Origin: Amoebophrya sp. A120 | Taxonomy: Eukaryota; Protista; Dinoflagellata | NCBI GenBank assembly: GCA_905178155.1 | Contig: CAJINV010000001.1 | Coordinates: 5,650,724 to 5,714,723 of the forward strand | Direction: 5' to 3' | DNA: 64,000 nt | Part shown: positions 1-12,087 of the stretch, piece after piece | How the letters are laid out: every line of letters starts with the position of its first letter | How positions within the stretch are numbered: the first letter of the stretch is position 1 | Program-made: the position numbers and the translations under genes | Notes under the pieces: model-generated | The model's database searches: none | What the model was told of the DNA's origin: nothing | The model's input: the letters and a program-made list of their open reading frames with translations, nothing else

Positions 1-331
1 AAGGTTATAATGCCTCCTCCTACGAAGACGATACCTGGATCAAGCAGAGAGGATCTTGAAATCTTTTTCCAAAGGACAGATACGCGGATCAGTCGTCGCA
101 AGATCATATCGAGTGCAGCATGGTCGTCACACGACATAGACATATCGCGATCGCCAGTGTACCTGCATTACCAACACCATGACTAAACAGATTCAAAGGC
201 AAACACGACTTATGGAACAATTGGAAAGTCGAGATAGCCAAAATGACACAAACCTATCTCGCGCGGCTCAATCGTGTGCCTGGCAACACGGCATTTCTTC
301 TCAAAAATTCGTTTTCGTTCATGAAAGCCCT

Positions 332-2841
332 TCACAAAACACACAGATCTTCGTCCTCCTCATCGAGCTCTAAATCGAGCGCATCTGCTTGCATTCCGTC
401 GACCACGGACTTCATGTTGTTTAGTCCGGACACTTCTTCCAAAATTCGGTTGTCCTCAACGCACTTGCGGATGAAGCCCATCCCCTCCGTCTCATACGCG
501 TTCCGAATCTGCGGCGAGCAGCACACGCACTGTGCGAACGGCTCTGTTTCTAAGGGAACCAGCCTGTAGTCGGACAAATAGCCGCGGATTTGATCTGGTA
601 CCTTTCCAAGCAGGCTGTCCTCCTTCTGCGCCTCGAAGCCTTGTGGGTGCTGTGACAGCGCTGCGACCAGTTCCGACGCGAGGGCGCTCGCGAGTCCGCT
701 CACGCCCGGACGCACGACGGTGCACTGTCGGTCCAGGGTGCGTTCCTTCAGACTATCGGTGGGGGCGGAGACGTCGTTACAGAAGTAGCAGGCGCGTTTG
801 GCAGCACCTTGGATTTGGAACAATTATTGTCGTGTTTTTCACTGCAATCCAATACAGAAACTTTGGTTTTCGTGTCGCAAGGGAATGTCGTTCGTTTTCT
901 ACTTCCATTCAGAATCAAGCACGAGCATGTCGATCTTGTACCGCAGCTCTGCGTCATGACGAGGAAGCTGTCGAAGCCGAGCGCGACGGTGAGTCCCAGC
1001 ACGGGTCGCTTCGAGGCCGCGACCAGGAGCGAGGGCAGCCACCGACTCTCCCGCGAGTCGGTCAACATGCAGATCACGTCGTGGCTGTCGATCAATTTTT
1101 GCAACTTCTCGATGTTTTCCTCGCTGTAGCTGTGCGAGTGCCCAGGCATCGGGATCTCCAGCTGAACGGCGCCGCCCTCCAGCTCCGGCATCACGTCCTT
1201 GGCGCGGGCGAACGCGGCTTCCGCCTTGGGCCGCTGGTCCACCGCGTCCTGGTGCGTGAACAGGCTTTGCCGCACAGGGTTACTGAAATTCACGATGCCT
1301 GGCGATGGGACAAGGTTTCGCAAATCCTGCACAAGAAGGCAGCTCTTGTCTCGGTGGTCTAGGAGGTAACCATAGATACAAAACCAAAAGCAAAACAAGA
1401 AAAAGACTAAGTTGTCCAAAGCTTTTTTACCTGAATCCAAAAACGTGATGTGTCGCACGCCCCAGCCAAGCAGGTTTCGCGCCAGCGCACAGCCGAGAGT
1501 ACCGGATCCCAGCATGAGGAAGCGCAAATCCTGCATCTTCTCGGGCTCGAGGTCCGGTACCAAGCGCCATTTCATCAGCTTGATATTCAAGTCGACGGCG
1601 CTCTTCGCTATTGCAGCCGGGTTCAACCACTGCGCGAGGTCGACTTGCCGCACGACTGAAGTGCCCTGCTCGTTTTTCAGCCAGCTGTAGTTTTGAATGT
1701 TATAATGTATGATGTTGAAGATCGCATTCTCGTTGCTCGTGCAGAGTTATAACGATACAACAGGATCATGAAGGGCCAATGACAGCAATGAAACTAACAA
1801 GTAGGAAGCAACTCTTCTATCTATCTATACCCCGGAGAAAAGTTCTTCTCCGGGCACTTTTCCCTGTCTTTGTCGGTCGGCTGTGCGGCAAATCGAACCG
1901 TCAAGCGCTTTGCCCCCGCACCCTTCTGCACGACGACGCACTGCGTGGAAAACTTCGTTCCCCCTTCCCCCTCCGCTTTTGTCCGAAATGTTTTGCCGCC
2001 GTCCAGCCACAACAACGTCAGGACGTTCCGGAACCCGGAGTCATACGTATCATTCTCACCGCTGTCGAAATAGACGAGAAACTTTTCCTCTGCACTGCTC
2101 CCGTTCGCGACAAAGGCGCGCACCCCAACTTGGCCCGGAGCTTTGCTCGACGAGCTTGAAGAAGAGGAGGATGGTGCGAATCCCTTGATGCTTTTCAGCA
2201 CACCCTCGTCCTTTTCTTCCTCTCTGCCGACCAGTTCCGGATTGGCTGGACACTTCACGAAAGGGAACCCGAGCGTGTAGAAGAAGTGGTACTTCTTCAA
2301 GTCCGCGAAAGTCACAAACACCGACGGCTGAAACAGTTCCCCTTTCACGAGACCTCCCCACAGGCTTTTCTGCGCGTTCTCTAGCATGTCCTGCCGATCG
2401 TACCGCCGAAATTCCTCGATGGTGCTCATGTTGCGCAAAACGCCGGCCTGCCATGGCGGGACAGGCTGGGCGAAGGAGTTGTAGCTGATTTGAGTTTCCT
2501 TTTTTTCGACAGGATTTTTAGAAAGCACAGACGTGAACATCAGCAAGAAAAGCAGCCGCGTTATCTAGTACATGCTCCTCACCAGCAACTTCCGATAGAT
2601 ACCTGAACGACGCCTTCGAGGGTGCAAATAGGATTTCCGAGCGGAGTTCCGTGGGTTTGTCACCGTCCAACCGCCATTCGTCCAGCTTCAGCCTGGCCAG
2701 CTCCTGCCAGAAGGTCGGGTCCACCGCCGGAGCATAGCTCCCGATGCTCCACTTCAGCGTAGACGGTCCGGAAGTCATCTTCGCTTTGTCGTTCTCCTGT
2801 TCGGCGGGCAAATTTAGTCCAATACTCCCCGGTGTCGGCAT
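332..2841 (-). CDS. ATG7: Ubiquitin-like modifier-activating enzyme ATG7 (about 5 exons)
   Basis: N-terminal 'VDPTFWQELARLKLDEWRL' and 'FADLKKYHFFY'; 'AVDLNIKLMKWRLVPDL'; ThiF motifs 'LGSGTLGC', 'NFSNPVRQSLF', 'LTDSRESRWLP', 'ALGFDSFLVM', 'CYFCNDV', and 'RTLDRQCTVVRPG' (catalytic Cys). Exons join through GT-AG introns near 810-940, 1300-1430, 1686-1830 and 2486-2601. Start is either 2841 or 2778. Confidence 0.95.
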
Positions 2842-3503
2842 GCGTTCTTACAGCGAAACTTTTTCACTACGCAGCTGTTGTGGCGAGGCTCCTGGCGATT
2901 ATCTTTATGTTTATTGTCAACAACCACAGGTCCTACAGCAGGTTTCCATATCTTTATCTTCAGTGCTTCTTTATCTTTTTTCACTTGCTGGCAGGCGTTA
3001 TTTCGCTCAGACAAAAGCGCCGTGTTCATATTATCGGCTTCTGTTTATTTCGCGACACTTTGTAGTGACTACTCGACAAGGAGAAGGCGCACGCACGCTC
3101 AAACGACGTTCAGGTAGTGCCAGAAGGCAAGGCCAAAGAAGCAGTCCCATCTTCGTATCAGATTGCTGATGAAGTGCCTTGTTGGCATTGCAGAATATCA
3201 TCTACATGCGCCTTTTGGGCTTTCTATTTGTATCACGTCGTGTCAGAATCTCGGATTTTCAAAGACGCCTCCATCAGTTTTTGTCCTGGATTCTCTCGGT
3301 GTAATCGGCGATTATTTCTATTCTTGCATATTGTTACTAGTTTGCTACGTTAATTTTCATCATCATCTAGAATTTTCAGAGACATGCAAATCCTTACAGC
3401 ATGCGTTGTAACGCGGTTTTGCTTCTATTCTTTGTAAACTGTAAACTGGTTTAGTCTCGACGTCTACTTTGTATCTCCAAACACATAAATTGACATTTCA
3501 AAT

Positions 3504-6343
3504 CTACGAACTTGTTGGTGCTGGCCTGCCCACAATTCCGATACCGCCGGCCGCGTAGTCGCCGGTGGGCTTCGTGTCTTCTGTGGCGTGAAACTGGTAC
3601 TTCGGGGCTTTTGGGGGACGCGGCTCCTTTGAGGGCTGTTGCTGACCAAGTGCGGAGGTCTTGCTGTGCAACGCGGAATCTTTGCTATCGATGTTCGCCA
3701 CGACACTGTCTGCCCGCACTTGCACTACTCCCTCCTTGCTGCTAGACGAATTGTAGGAAGCAAATTCTTTGCTGTCCGGTGCGGAGTTGTTGCTTCGCAC
3801 TGTGTCCTTGCTGTTTACCGGGGAAATTCCTTCGATTGGCTGCAGAGCATTGTTAACATTTTGAAAATCGGTCGGAAGCGACGTTGACCGCTCGGGCGAC
3901 ATCCCCTGCTGCTGCACCCAGCGTGGCTCCCGTGAAAAGCACCGAAGTAAACTCCCGAAAATTTGTCCGCCCACATCCAGCTCTGGTTCGTGCTTCAACT
4001 TGTAGTTAGCACCGTTCTGCACACTCCACTGCATCTTGTCCTTGTCATTCGCAGAGGAATTGTTCGTGGTGCTGACCGCTGGCAGAGTCACAGCACCGTT
4101 TGCCGGGGGCGCCGCTGAAGATCCGGAGCTTGGCGTCTCCGGTGGTCTCTTTGCCGTCGAACTTGCACTTGTAGAGGCAGGATCCGCTTTTTTTGGGTCC
4201 GTCACTGCGGAAAAAGCGTTCGCTTTGAACTCTCGAACCTCAGCGGCAGCTGCTGCAAATTTGCCGTCGTTTGCTTGTTGCGGGTCACCACTGGAATCTT
4301 CAGGCTGGACAGGTTGTACCTGCGGTGTTCATAATTTTTGGTAGGGTGTCCAATTCCCTACTCGTTTTCCTTGATTTTAATGGCGAGGAAACATGCAAAT
4401 ACGCACATCACCAAATAAGCATCGGCAAAAGACTACTATATCACACCTGTCCATCTTCGTCTTCCTCACTGGCTGTGGTCGTACTAGATGCGGGCCCCGG
4501 AGGACCTGGCCCGGGCTCCTTGGCGCTCAGCAGCCGATCCCGTGTCGTTCTCGTTTGTGCGGTTGGGTAGGAAGCGCTTCTACTTGACGGCGACCCCGGC
4601 AGCTGATACTCGAAGCTCGCAGCCGGCCGTTGGTGCGGGTTCTCAGGGGCGGCAGTCGTGCCTGCAGTGGGAGCGGGGGTCGACCCTAGATCCAGACCGC
4701 CCGGCCCGTCCGGCGGATGCTGTTTAAGTTCCTTGGCCGGCGGTGCCGACGTGGAAGAGGTGGAAGGAGTTGCCCCTGTGGCCGAAGATGTGGAGGAATC
4801 TGCAGTTGCAGATGGCTTCGCTGCAGGTGCTGCCTTCGCAGGTGGGGGCGTTGGTAAGAAGGGGCCCGGAGTTTGCGATGCTGGTTTTGGCATACTCGGA
4901 GGCTGTGGCACGTGCACAGGCGCTGGGGCTTGTGGGTGTTGTTCCTGCGATTTTGTTTTTCGACTCGTGACGGCCACTGAAGCGCACTCTTCACTATAGC
5001 TGACTAGCTCCAACGACAACGAAAACGAGGAGAAGGAGAACGAAATCGAGGAAAACTATACTGCTGGCTTCTCTGGCGCAGCTGGCTCTTGCTTTGCATC
5101 AGATTCCTCGCTGCTCGAGGTTCTTTGCTCTTGCTCCGACTGTCGCAAAAACGTTTGCCCAATCATTGACCCGTTCGGCGTTGACCCGTTCGGCGTCCGG
5201 TCCTGTTTGCAAGATCGCGTAGTGGCTGTTTGGATAGAAATCGAAAACAGCGCATCTCAAAAAACCAACATCATCTCGTCCACATGTCAGCGTCAAACAG
5301 GCTAGTTAGTATGAAAGCCACAACAACGACCATCATACCTCCGCAATGACGATGTGATTCGGATTTATCCTTCGCACTGGCGACATCCCACCCTCCGACT
5401 CCGACTCGTTTATGGATCCGTTGCTGAGCGCTCGCTTTCGTGCCAGTTTCTGTGGATCGGGAATGCGATGCAACAATCCGGTGCCAAACTCGCACCCGAG
5501 AATCCCGCGGCCGCCCCAGGCGTCGCTGGGCACGATGGGGACAACGCGGGTATCGTCAGATAACACGTTGTACACATACATGGAAACGCACTTTCCCTTA
5601 AACCTCTGGACCAATTCCACCAGGTCATCCAAGTCGCGGAACAACGTGCCTTCGGCGCCGAGAAGAAAATCCTCGTTGCTGTGAATGTTGGTCGTTCATC
5701 GGTCCAAGACTATCCATGGTTTGGAAAAAATCGCGAACTTCTAGCACAAAAAAAAGCTCTGAACACGGCACCAGCAAAACTATAGATACAGTTGTATAAT
5801 ACGGTGTCACGCCGGCCATTTCCGCGGGCGAGTTTTCGAACACGTTCGTGACCCTGATATCGCGGTACTCGTGACTGTCGTAGGCATCGAACCTTATCGT
5901 TGCTCCGAGAAGCCCCTTTCCGCCCCATTCTTTCGGTGTCAGCTTGACATGGCGTAGTTTCGTGGTTTTCGTGCTGAACACCGTCAGATTTGTTTCTGTG
6001 TTCTTCCGCTGCCGAATCGAGCCGAAGAACCCTGTGAAGTGATCATGTGTCTTATGCAACACAGCGTCGATGCAAAATTGATATTTTCAGATTTTCACTT
6101 TCATCGAAAACCTAAATTTTTCTTTTGAACATAGACGAGTAGCTGTGTCACAAGCCGTATCTGCCAGATACTTTGCTGATCGCCGTCAACCGGCCTTCCC
6201 TCTACCCCGACGATATAGTCAAAGTAGATCTGCAAGCCGGCTTCGTGTGCCGGCGACCCCTTGCACAGGTTAAACACCCGGTATCCAAGTCCCTTCTGCT
6301 GGTCGGGGTCGTTGCTGTCTTCAGAGGACTCAACGCCTCCCAT
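3504..6343 (-). CDS. GRASP: Golgi reassembly-stacking protein (GRASP55/65 family) with a long Ser/Pro-rich tail
   Basis: Starts MG (myristoylation-type). PDZ-like motifs 'GYRVFNLCKGSPAHEAGL..YFDYIV', 'WGGKGLLGATIRF', 'VFENSPAEMAG', 'WGGRGILGCEFGTGLLHRIP'. GT-AG introns. Joining the 3504-5200 low-complexity ORFs to this gene is inferred. Confidence 0.85.
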
Positions 6344-7028
6344 GGTGACGGAATAAACTGAAGAACTTTGTTGCGTTGCTTAACCAAGGACCAACTTGCC
6401 GCTCACCTGCTCCTGCAGCGAGGGGACAATAACGAAGCCATGCTGGTGTTTGTAGTTGGGCTCTTTGTGTCGTAAACCGTCCAACGCCTCTTGAATACCC
6501 CCGTAGCACTAGAGTCAAGTGAAGAAGAAAGGTAGAAGCGGAAACGTTTGTTTGTCCGTAGTATCGACGCAATCGGGAAACTTGAAGTTGAATCTTTTTG
6601 TACTTACATTTCCAACAGAAGTCACTCAACAGTTCAAGAACTTGTTTCACAGGATAAGATCCTCCGTGTGACCACGACGGGCGAACATGATAGCGATACA
6701 GACCGAGCACTGCAGTAGTTGCTTAGCAGCGGTTGCAGCGAACACAGGCAGAAACCGGTATACTAAACTTCTGCAGCAGAGCTGCCGACGTCTTCACACG
6801 AAATGCTGATCTTCCTTCGTCTAGTTTGTACGAAGATGATGTGATACACTTTTTACACACGACAACTGTGACAGCGCGTGTAAATAAACCACTGACTTTC
6901 ATTTAATCATGAATCGTGAAATCTTGTTCACTGTCGCTTTATCTGATCGTAGTACCTGATCTGCCTTATTCAACAAGTGAAACAGCATAAATTTTGAAAA
7001 AGTATCCGCCCTCTGCTCTTCAAAAACC

Positions 7029-9602
7029 TTACGACAGCGTCATACTTCCTTCTTCGGGCGGGTGCACGGTTTCGCACACCCGCATCAATCGCTTGAAGAC
7101 CTGCAAGTACCTTCTCGACTCCTCGTTGTTCAGCATGCCGCGGAACTTCAGGTCCACCTTGTGTGCGTCGAAGGTCTCGACGCGCTGGTAGGTCGCCCCG
7201 CGCGGTCGTTTGTAAATACGCGTTCTCCCGACCGTGGCGTTCGCGGCGTTCCCGATCACCAACTCGACGTACCGCGCCGTGGCTTCGCGGTACAGCTTCT
7301 GGTCGCAAAGCGTGACCATCTTGTCCAACAAATCCACCGACTCGTTTTCCTCCACGCCCAGCTCCGTTTCTTTCTTCCGCTTGTCCCGGTACGCGGTCGA
7401 GGTGAACAGCTCCTGCTTCGCCCACTCCTTCAACTTTTTCAGCAGCGGTTGGATGTCCTTCCGACTCTGCTCGAAGATCGCGGTCTGCAACTTCCCCTCC
7501 TGCGACTCCTTCTCGTCCTGGGGGCGGGCGAGCAAATTTTCCGCCCAAATCTGCCACATCTTCTTGATCCACTTGCGCACCCGGTACTCCTTCGAGTTCT
7601 TCCAGGTTTGCTTCACGTCCGACGGGTCCACGTACTCCCCGGTTGCTGCGTCCTTTTTTTCGTCCTCCACCGACTGGACCGGGAGGTACGGCCGCGCGTT
7701 CCACTTGTTTGGGTCGTTGGAGTCCGCGGACCGGATGGTTTTCATGGCCTCCTCGTGCAACGCGCGGATCGCCGGGTTCGCCGCGTCCTCCTCGTCCTGC
7801 TTCAAACCCGCGTCCACGTCCTGCTTTCCCTTGATCGCGCGCTTCAAATCCAGGATCTTTTTGTCGCGTTCCCGCAATTTTCCCTCTTCCTGTTCGCGGT
7901 GGATCACGTTCCCGATGTGCGCGCCGCCGGACAGGATGCGGCCGCCGCTGTACCACTCCCCGATCTCCCGTTTTTTGCCGTCCACCTTCCCGCGCTCCTG
8001 CTCAATCTCCTCCGGCTTCACATCCCCGTCCAAGACCGCCTTCAGCCCCTTCAGCGGGTTCTTCTGCAGTTCGAGAGATGTGACGTACGCGTCCTTCTCA
8101 TCCACCTTCTGGTCCGCCTCATCGGACGAACTCGTGTCGTCTGACAGCTCGGTTTTCGGGTTCAGCGCCGCGTCGTCTTCGGCGTCGAGTAGATCGTGCA
8201 CAGACGCGGTGCCACCACCGCCCGCTGTCGCCTTTCCGGACAAAGACTTCCGCTTCTTGTCCAAGGTCGCAAACTTCGCGGCCGCGTCCTCGTCGTCCTT
8301 CAGAGTCAAATCGTTGTCGTCGTCCATCACGGACCGCAACACCCGCTGGAAGAAGTTCGCCTGGCCCGAGGACCGCTCTTCGCCTTGCGCCGCGATGTCG
8401 CGCTGCAGGAGCTGCAACCGACGCAGCCGATCCTTGTCCGACTCGCCGAAAAGGGTGACCGGCTGGTGCAGTTTCCGCAACTTCGCCTTAATTTCCGCGG
8501 GGGAGAGCAAGTCGTTCTTCGCCGCGCCCCCGACAGACAAGAGTTTCAGACTGACCGCGCCGACCTGCATGGTGGGCTCCGCGCCGTCCTCCACCTGCAG
8601 GTAACTGTGCAGCAGCTTGTTGCTGTTCGTGATGTTCTTCGCTATGCGGGAGGACGCACTGGCGGCGGTGGACTTGGACTCCGCGACTTTTGTCTGAATC
8701 GGATCCGCCGCGACATTGATGTTCGGTAAAGCCGCGCCCCCGCCCCCGACGTTCCCGGCTTTGCCGAGAAGAAATTTTGCCGTGAAGGAGTTCACGTCGA
8801 AGGCGCTGTCGGAAGTAGAAGTCGAGGTTGATGAATCAGCGACTGCGACAACCGCGCCAGCATGCTTGTTGGACGCGTTGTTCTCACTGTCGTCGTCAGG
8901 AAGAAGCTTTTCCTTCGTCGCTGTGGACGAACTGCCGTCGGCGGGGATGAGCTTTGTGTCAGAAAGCTGGACCGGTTTGTCTTTTTTACTGGCGCCTGAT
9001 GCTGCCGCTATTGATGTGGACGGGGTATTCATCTTTGCGTCGTTTTTAATTGCGAGCCCTGCTGCTCCGGCAGAAGCTTTATTATCCTCCAGTGCAGGAA
9101 CAACTGCAGCGGTAGTTTTAATATTCTTCGACTTCTTCCCGTCCAGATCGTCCTCGAAGGATCGAAACCCCTCGGTTTGCTCGCCGCCTTGTGCCGCCAA
9201 CATGCGCTGGCGCTCCTCCTCCTGGCGCCGCAGTTGCGCAATCCGCTCGGCGTCTTCCAACATTTCCTTGGTCACGGGGCCGGTTTTGGTCGGGAAGTAC
9301 TCGGTGTACAGTTTTGTTAGCGCCTCTGCCTCCTTGCCCTCCTTCTCGTTCTCCTTTTCGATCCGCTTCTCAATCTTCTCCTGCTCCTCCGCCGCGGCCA
9401 CCTCGCCGACGTTTTCCTGTTTGGTGAACACCGGCGGTGCGGCGGCCAGCTTCCCCTTCAACGTGCTCTTGTCCGGCCGGCCCTCGTTCATTTTCGCTTT
9501 CTTCTCCTTCATCACGGCTTTTAGGTCGAACATGCCGGGTAATTTCTTCTTGTCGCCACCCCGACCGGGGTTCTTGTCGCCGCCCCCGCCGAAAGATCTC
9601 AT
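7029..9602 (-). CDS. PRP18: Pre-mRNA splicing factor Prp18 homologue, intronless, 857 aa, divergent
   Basis: PRP4-like/SFM motif 'EIKAKLRKLHQPVTLFGESDKDRLRRL'. C-terminal Prp18 helical domain 'QSRKDIQPLLKKLK...YVELVIGNA...LNNEESRRYLQVFKRLMRVCETVHP'. Confidence 0.85.
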   Translation of the reverse strand: MRSFGGGGDKNPGRGGDKKKLPGMFDLKAVMKEKKAKMNEGRPDKSTLKGKLAAAPPVFTKQENVGEVAAAEEQEKIEKRIEKENEKEGKEAEALTKLYTEYFPTKTGPVTKEMLEDAERIAQLRRQEEERQRMLAAQGGEQTEGFRSFEDDLDGKKSKNIKTTAAVVPALEDNKASAGAAGLAIKNDAKMNTPSTSIAAASGASKKDKPVQLSDTKLIPADGSSSTATKEKLLPDDDSENNASNKHAGAVVAVADSSTSTSTSDSAFDVNSFTAKFLLGKAGNVGGGGAALPNINVAADPIQTKVAESKSTAASASSRIAKNITNSNKLLHSYLQVEDGAEPTMQVGAVSLKLLSVGGAAKNDLLSPAEIKAKLRKLHQPVTLFGESDKDRLRRLQLLQRDIAAQGEERSSGQANFFQRVLRSVMDDDNDLTLKDDEDAAAKFATLDKKRKSLSGKATAGGGGTASVHDLLDAEDDAALNPKTELSDDTSSSDEADQKVDEKDAYVTSLELQKNPLKGLKAVLDGDVKPEEIEQERGKVDGKKREIGEWYSGGRILSGGAHIGNVIHREQEEGKLRERDKKILDLKRAIKGKQDVDAGLKQDEEDAANPAIRALHEEAMKTIRSADSNDPNKWNARPYLPVQSVEDEKKDAATGEYVDPSDVKQTWKNSKEYRVRKWIKKMWQIWAENLLARPQDEKESQEGKLQTAIFEQSRKDIQPLLKKLKEWAKQELFTSTAYRDKRKKETELGVEENESVDLLDKMVTLCDQKLYREATARYVELVIGNAANATVGRTRIYKRPRGATYQRVETFDAHKVDLKFRGMLNNEESRRYLQVFKRLMRVCETVHPPEEGSMTLS

Positions 9603-10278
9603 GCTGGGTGGATTCGTGGATTTCTATGCTTACTTCTCGTAGGGCTGATAGGTGAAACTTTTTGCTTGGTGGAAGTGGAGCTACAGTTACTGCAATGTTG
9701 CTACATTTTCATCGACAGAGCCGGCAATTGGAATCAAGTCGTTATTCTACTCGCTAGATATCAAACAGCATGCTCCACTGATTTCCTCTTTGATACTACA
9801 TAAAGTTGCTGAGTGACACTGACACTGTCATTCCTTGCGGTCGGATGAATCAAGGTACATTGTGAAGAAAAATCAAAATCAACCATGACAAAACATGATC
9901 CGCGTGGGAAAGCCATCGTTGATCTGCCGGATCTCAACAATTTTTTGACTCATGCTTTTGAACGAGCAGAGCGAAGCCGGATTAGCACCATTTCGAGATC
10001 TTTAGAAGCAACATCTAGCACAAAACAGAAAAAGTTAAACTAGAGGATCTGAAAAACGGGAAAGGTCAGTAGAAGTTCACAGCTTTTTGAGATCGCCGGG
10101 AACACGTGCCTGCTGAGCAAGTGCTTATAATTCATTGCAACTTTCTTGTGGACAAGCAGTGGCGCTGCAGTTTTTCATACGAAAAAAAATTCGGGCACGG
10201 GAGATCCATATTTTTGCGCGCATACTTTACAAAACGCCCATCGGGTTCAATCATCGGGGGATCTTCTCCATGACCCGT

Positions 10279-11651
10279 CTACAGATCATCCTGTTCCTCA
10301 TCGGAGACTTCTTCGCTATCAGAAACTTCCTCGCTATCGGAAGCCTCCTCGCTATGATCGGAAGCTTCCTCGTTGTGGGAAACATCCTTCCCGTCCTGCG
10401 AGTCCTGTAAGCCGTATCCGTCTAGCGCTTCGCCCACTAGGTCGTTCTCTTCCTCAGAGTCGCTCGGTCCTTAACCTTCTTGCTCCTTGAAAACTAGCCG
10501 AAACTCAATGGCGTGCTCCTTGGTGAAAGGAAGAGGCAAGCCATTCTCTTCGCGCTTCTTCGTTATTAGTTTGAGGAAGTCCATAAATTTAAACCCATTC
10601 AAGTCCCCGAGCTCCGGAGCTTCCTCGCAGAACCACTGGGCGTCACAGGCAGTGTCCAGCTGTCGGCAGAGCTTCCATTGCTTGCGCTTCACGAACACTT
10701 TCCGGAGCGTGTCGCTTATTCGACACTGACATGTATTCAGACTGTCACCCCAGTAGCCGTCCGCCCGCGCAAAGAGCAGAATCCAAGATGGAATCTCCTC
10801 TTGTGATAGCTCCTGCCATGTGTCTTCGAGGCGAATTCACGCAGCCATTTGCAATCCCACAACGAATGTACCAAATCGGGAACATCATCCAGTGGTGTTG
10901 GCGGTTCGTTATCCTCGTCATAATCTGCCCGAAGTAAGACTCTCGGGAGTGCAGTAGAATCCTGACCCTCCGCGATCACTTCGTCTGAGAAACCATGGAT
11001 AATTTTGACCGCGATCGGAGCAACATCAAAAAGCTTCATCACTCTGTCCTGTGTATTGAGATTCTCAATAAAAGCGCCACATGATCTTGGCCGGTAGCTA
11101 CCAAACATGCCACCTAGTCCCTCGCCGAGGACGAAGTGCTTGCTTACAGGTTTGTATGCCTTCGTACATTGCTCTTGCAATGCGTCTCTCCATCTGCTTG
11201 CCTCACTTCGCAGACGCAACACGACTTCCGCTGAAAATCGCTGTAGCGCGTCGCAGTACTTTTCGGACGATGACGGATTTTTCAACTCCGGCCCGAGTTC
11301 CGTTGCCTTCAAGACCAGTGCCTCGTCGAGACGCTTCCTCGCACGCTTCAAAAATTGGACGGGCCCTCTGTCATCATCCGGCAAAACGCAAACCCTGTCG
11401 GTTTTCAGAAACAGCCGCTTGCTTTCTTTTTCACAGCCGCCCGATTCCCTTGTCGTCCAAACCTCGTCGAAACCTCTTCCAGCGGCAACCGCAGCGTCGA
11501 ATTCCGAACGTGTGAACAGCATGGCATCCTCCTTCAACTTGAAAGCGCGTGGGAGTTGCCAAGTCTTCAGGACTGGCTTGTCGTCCAGAAATTGCGAAGA
11601 TGCTGATTCTGCGGCTTCCATTTTTTTGTGAGCTGTGGGATTCTGCAGCAA
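10279..11651 (-). pseudogene. Disrupted copy 1 of a four-member orphan family
   Basis: Homologous to 12088..13362. An extra CA near 10820 (AAG ACA CA TGG vs AAG ACA TGC) shifts the frame. An in-frame TAA at 10471-10473 precedes about 63 codons of acidic tail (EEVSD repeats) homologous to copy 2, ending at TAG 10279-10281. Confidence 0.7.
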
Positions 11652-12087
11652 AAAACGAGCGGCGAGGAGCGCAAGAGTGAGTATGAATCAAACAGATACA
11701 ACAGACAGGTCTCCAAAAGATACAGCCGCTGACGACGCACAAACCTCAGTATGTCTTAGAGCACTCACATACTTCATTTCGATTCCTTTTCCTGGCCAGA
11801 AACGCAGAGCCCGAAATAAATTTTCTACGACAAAGGATCCAGTAAAGCAGTTGAGTTTGCTGGCGAAGATCACGATCAGTAGTTTTCAGCTTCTTCTTTC
11901 TACGGAACACTCCTGGAGGGACGCTTCATTACCTTCACCTTTCTGAAAGAAAAAGACTCGGAGCTTCAGTTTTGCATACTCCAAAAAGAGTAGAAGGAAT
12001 TAGTATTTGACTCAGATCCATATGCATGGTTTTGCGCACTTACTTCGCTCACGTCCTATGGGGTTCGGGGAATCACCACGAACGAAT

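Noticed and set aside
7062-9642. Long plus-strand ORFs (also 30497-31573, 45817-46710, 48123-49148, 52411-53472)
   Set aside because: These are antisense shadows of GC-rich minus-strand coding sequence with no recognisable motifs.
10471-10473. In-frame TAA as evidence of stop-codon reassignment (reported for one Amoebophrya lineage)
   Set aside because: The same copy also has a frameshift, and the long conserved ORFs here have no internal stops. Pseudogenisation or sequence error is simpler.
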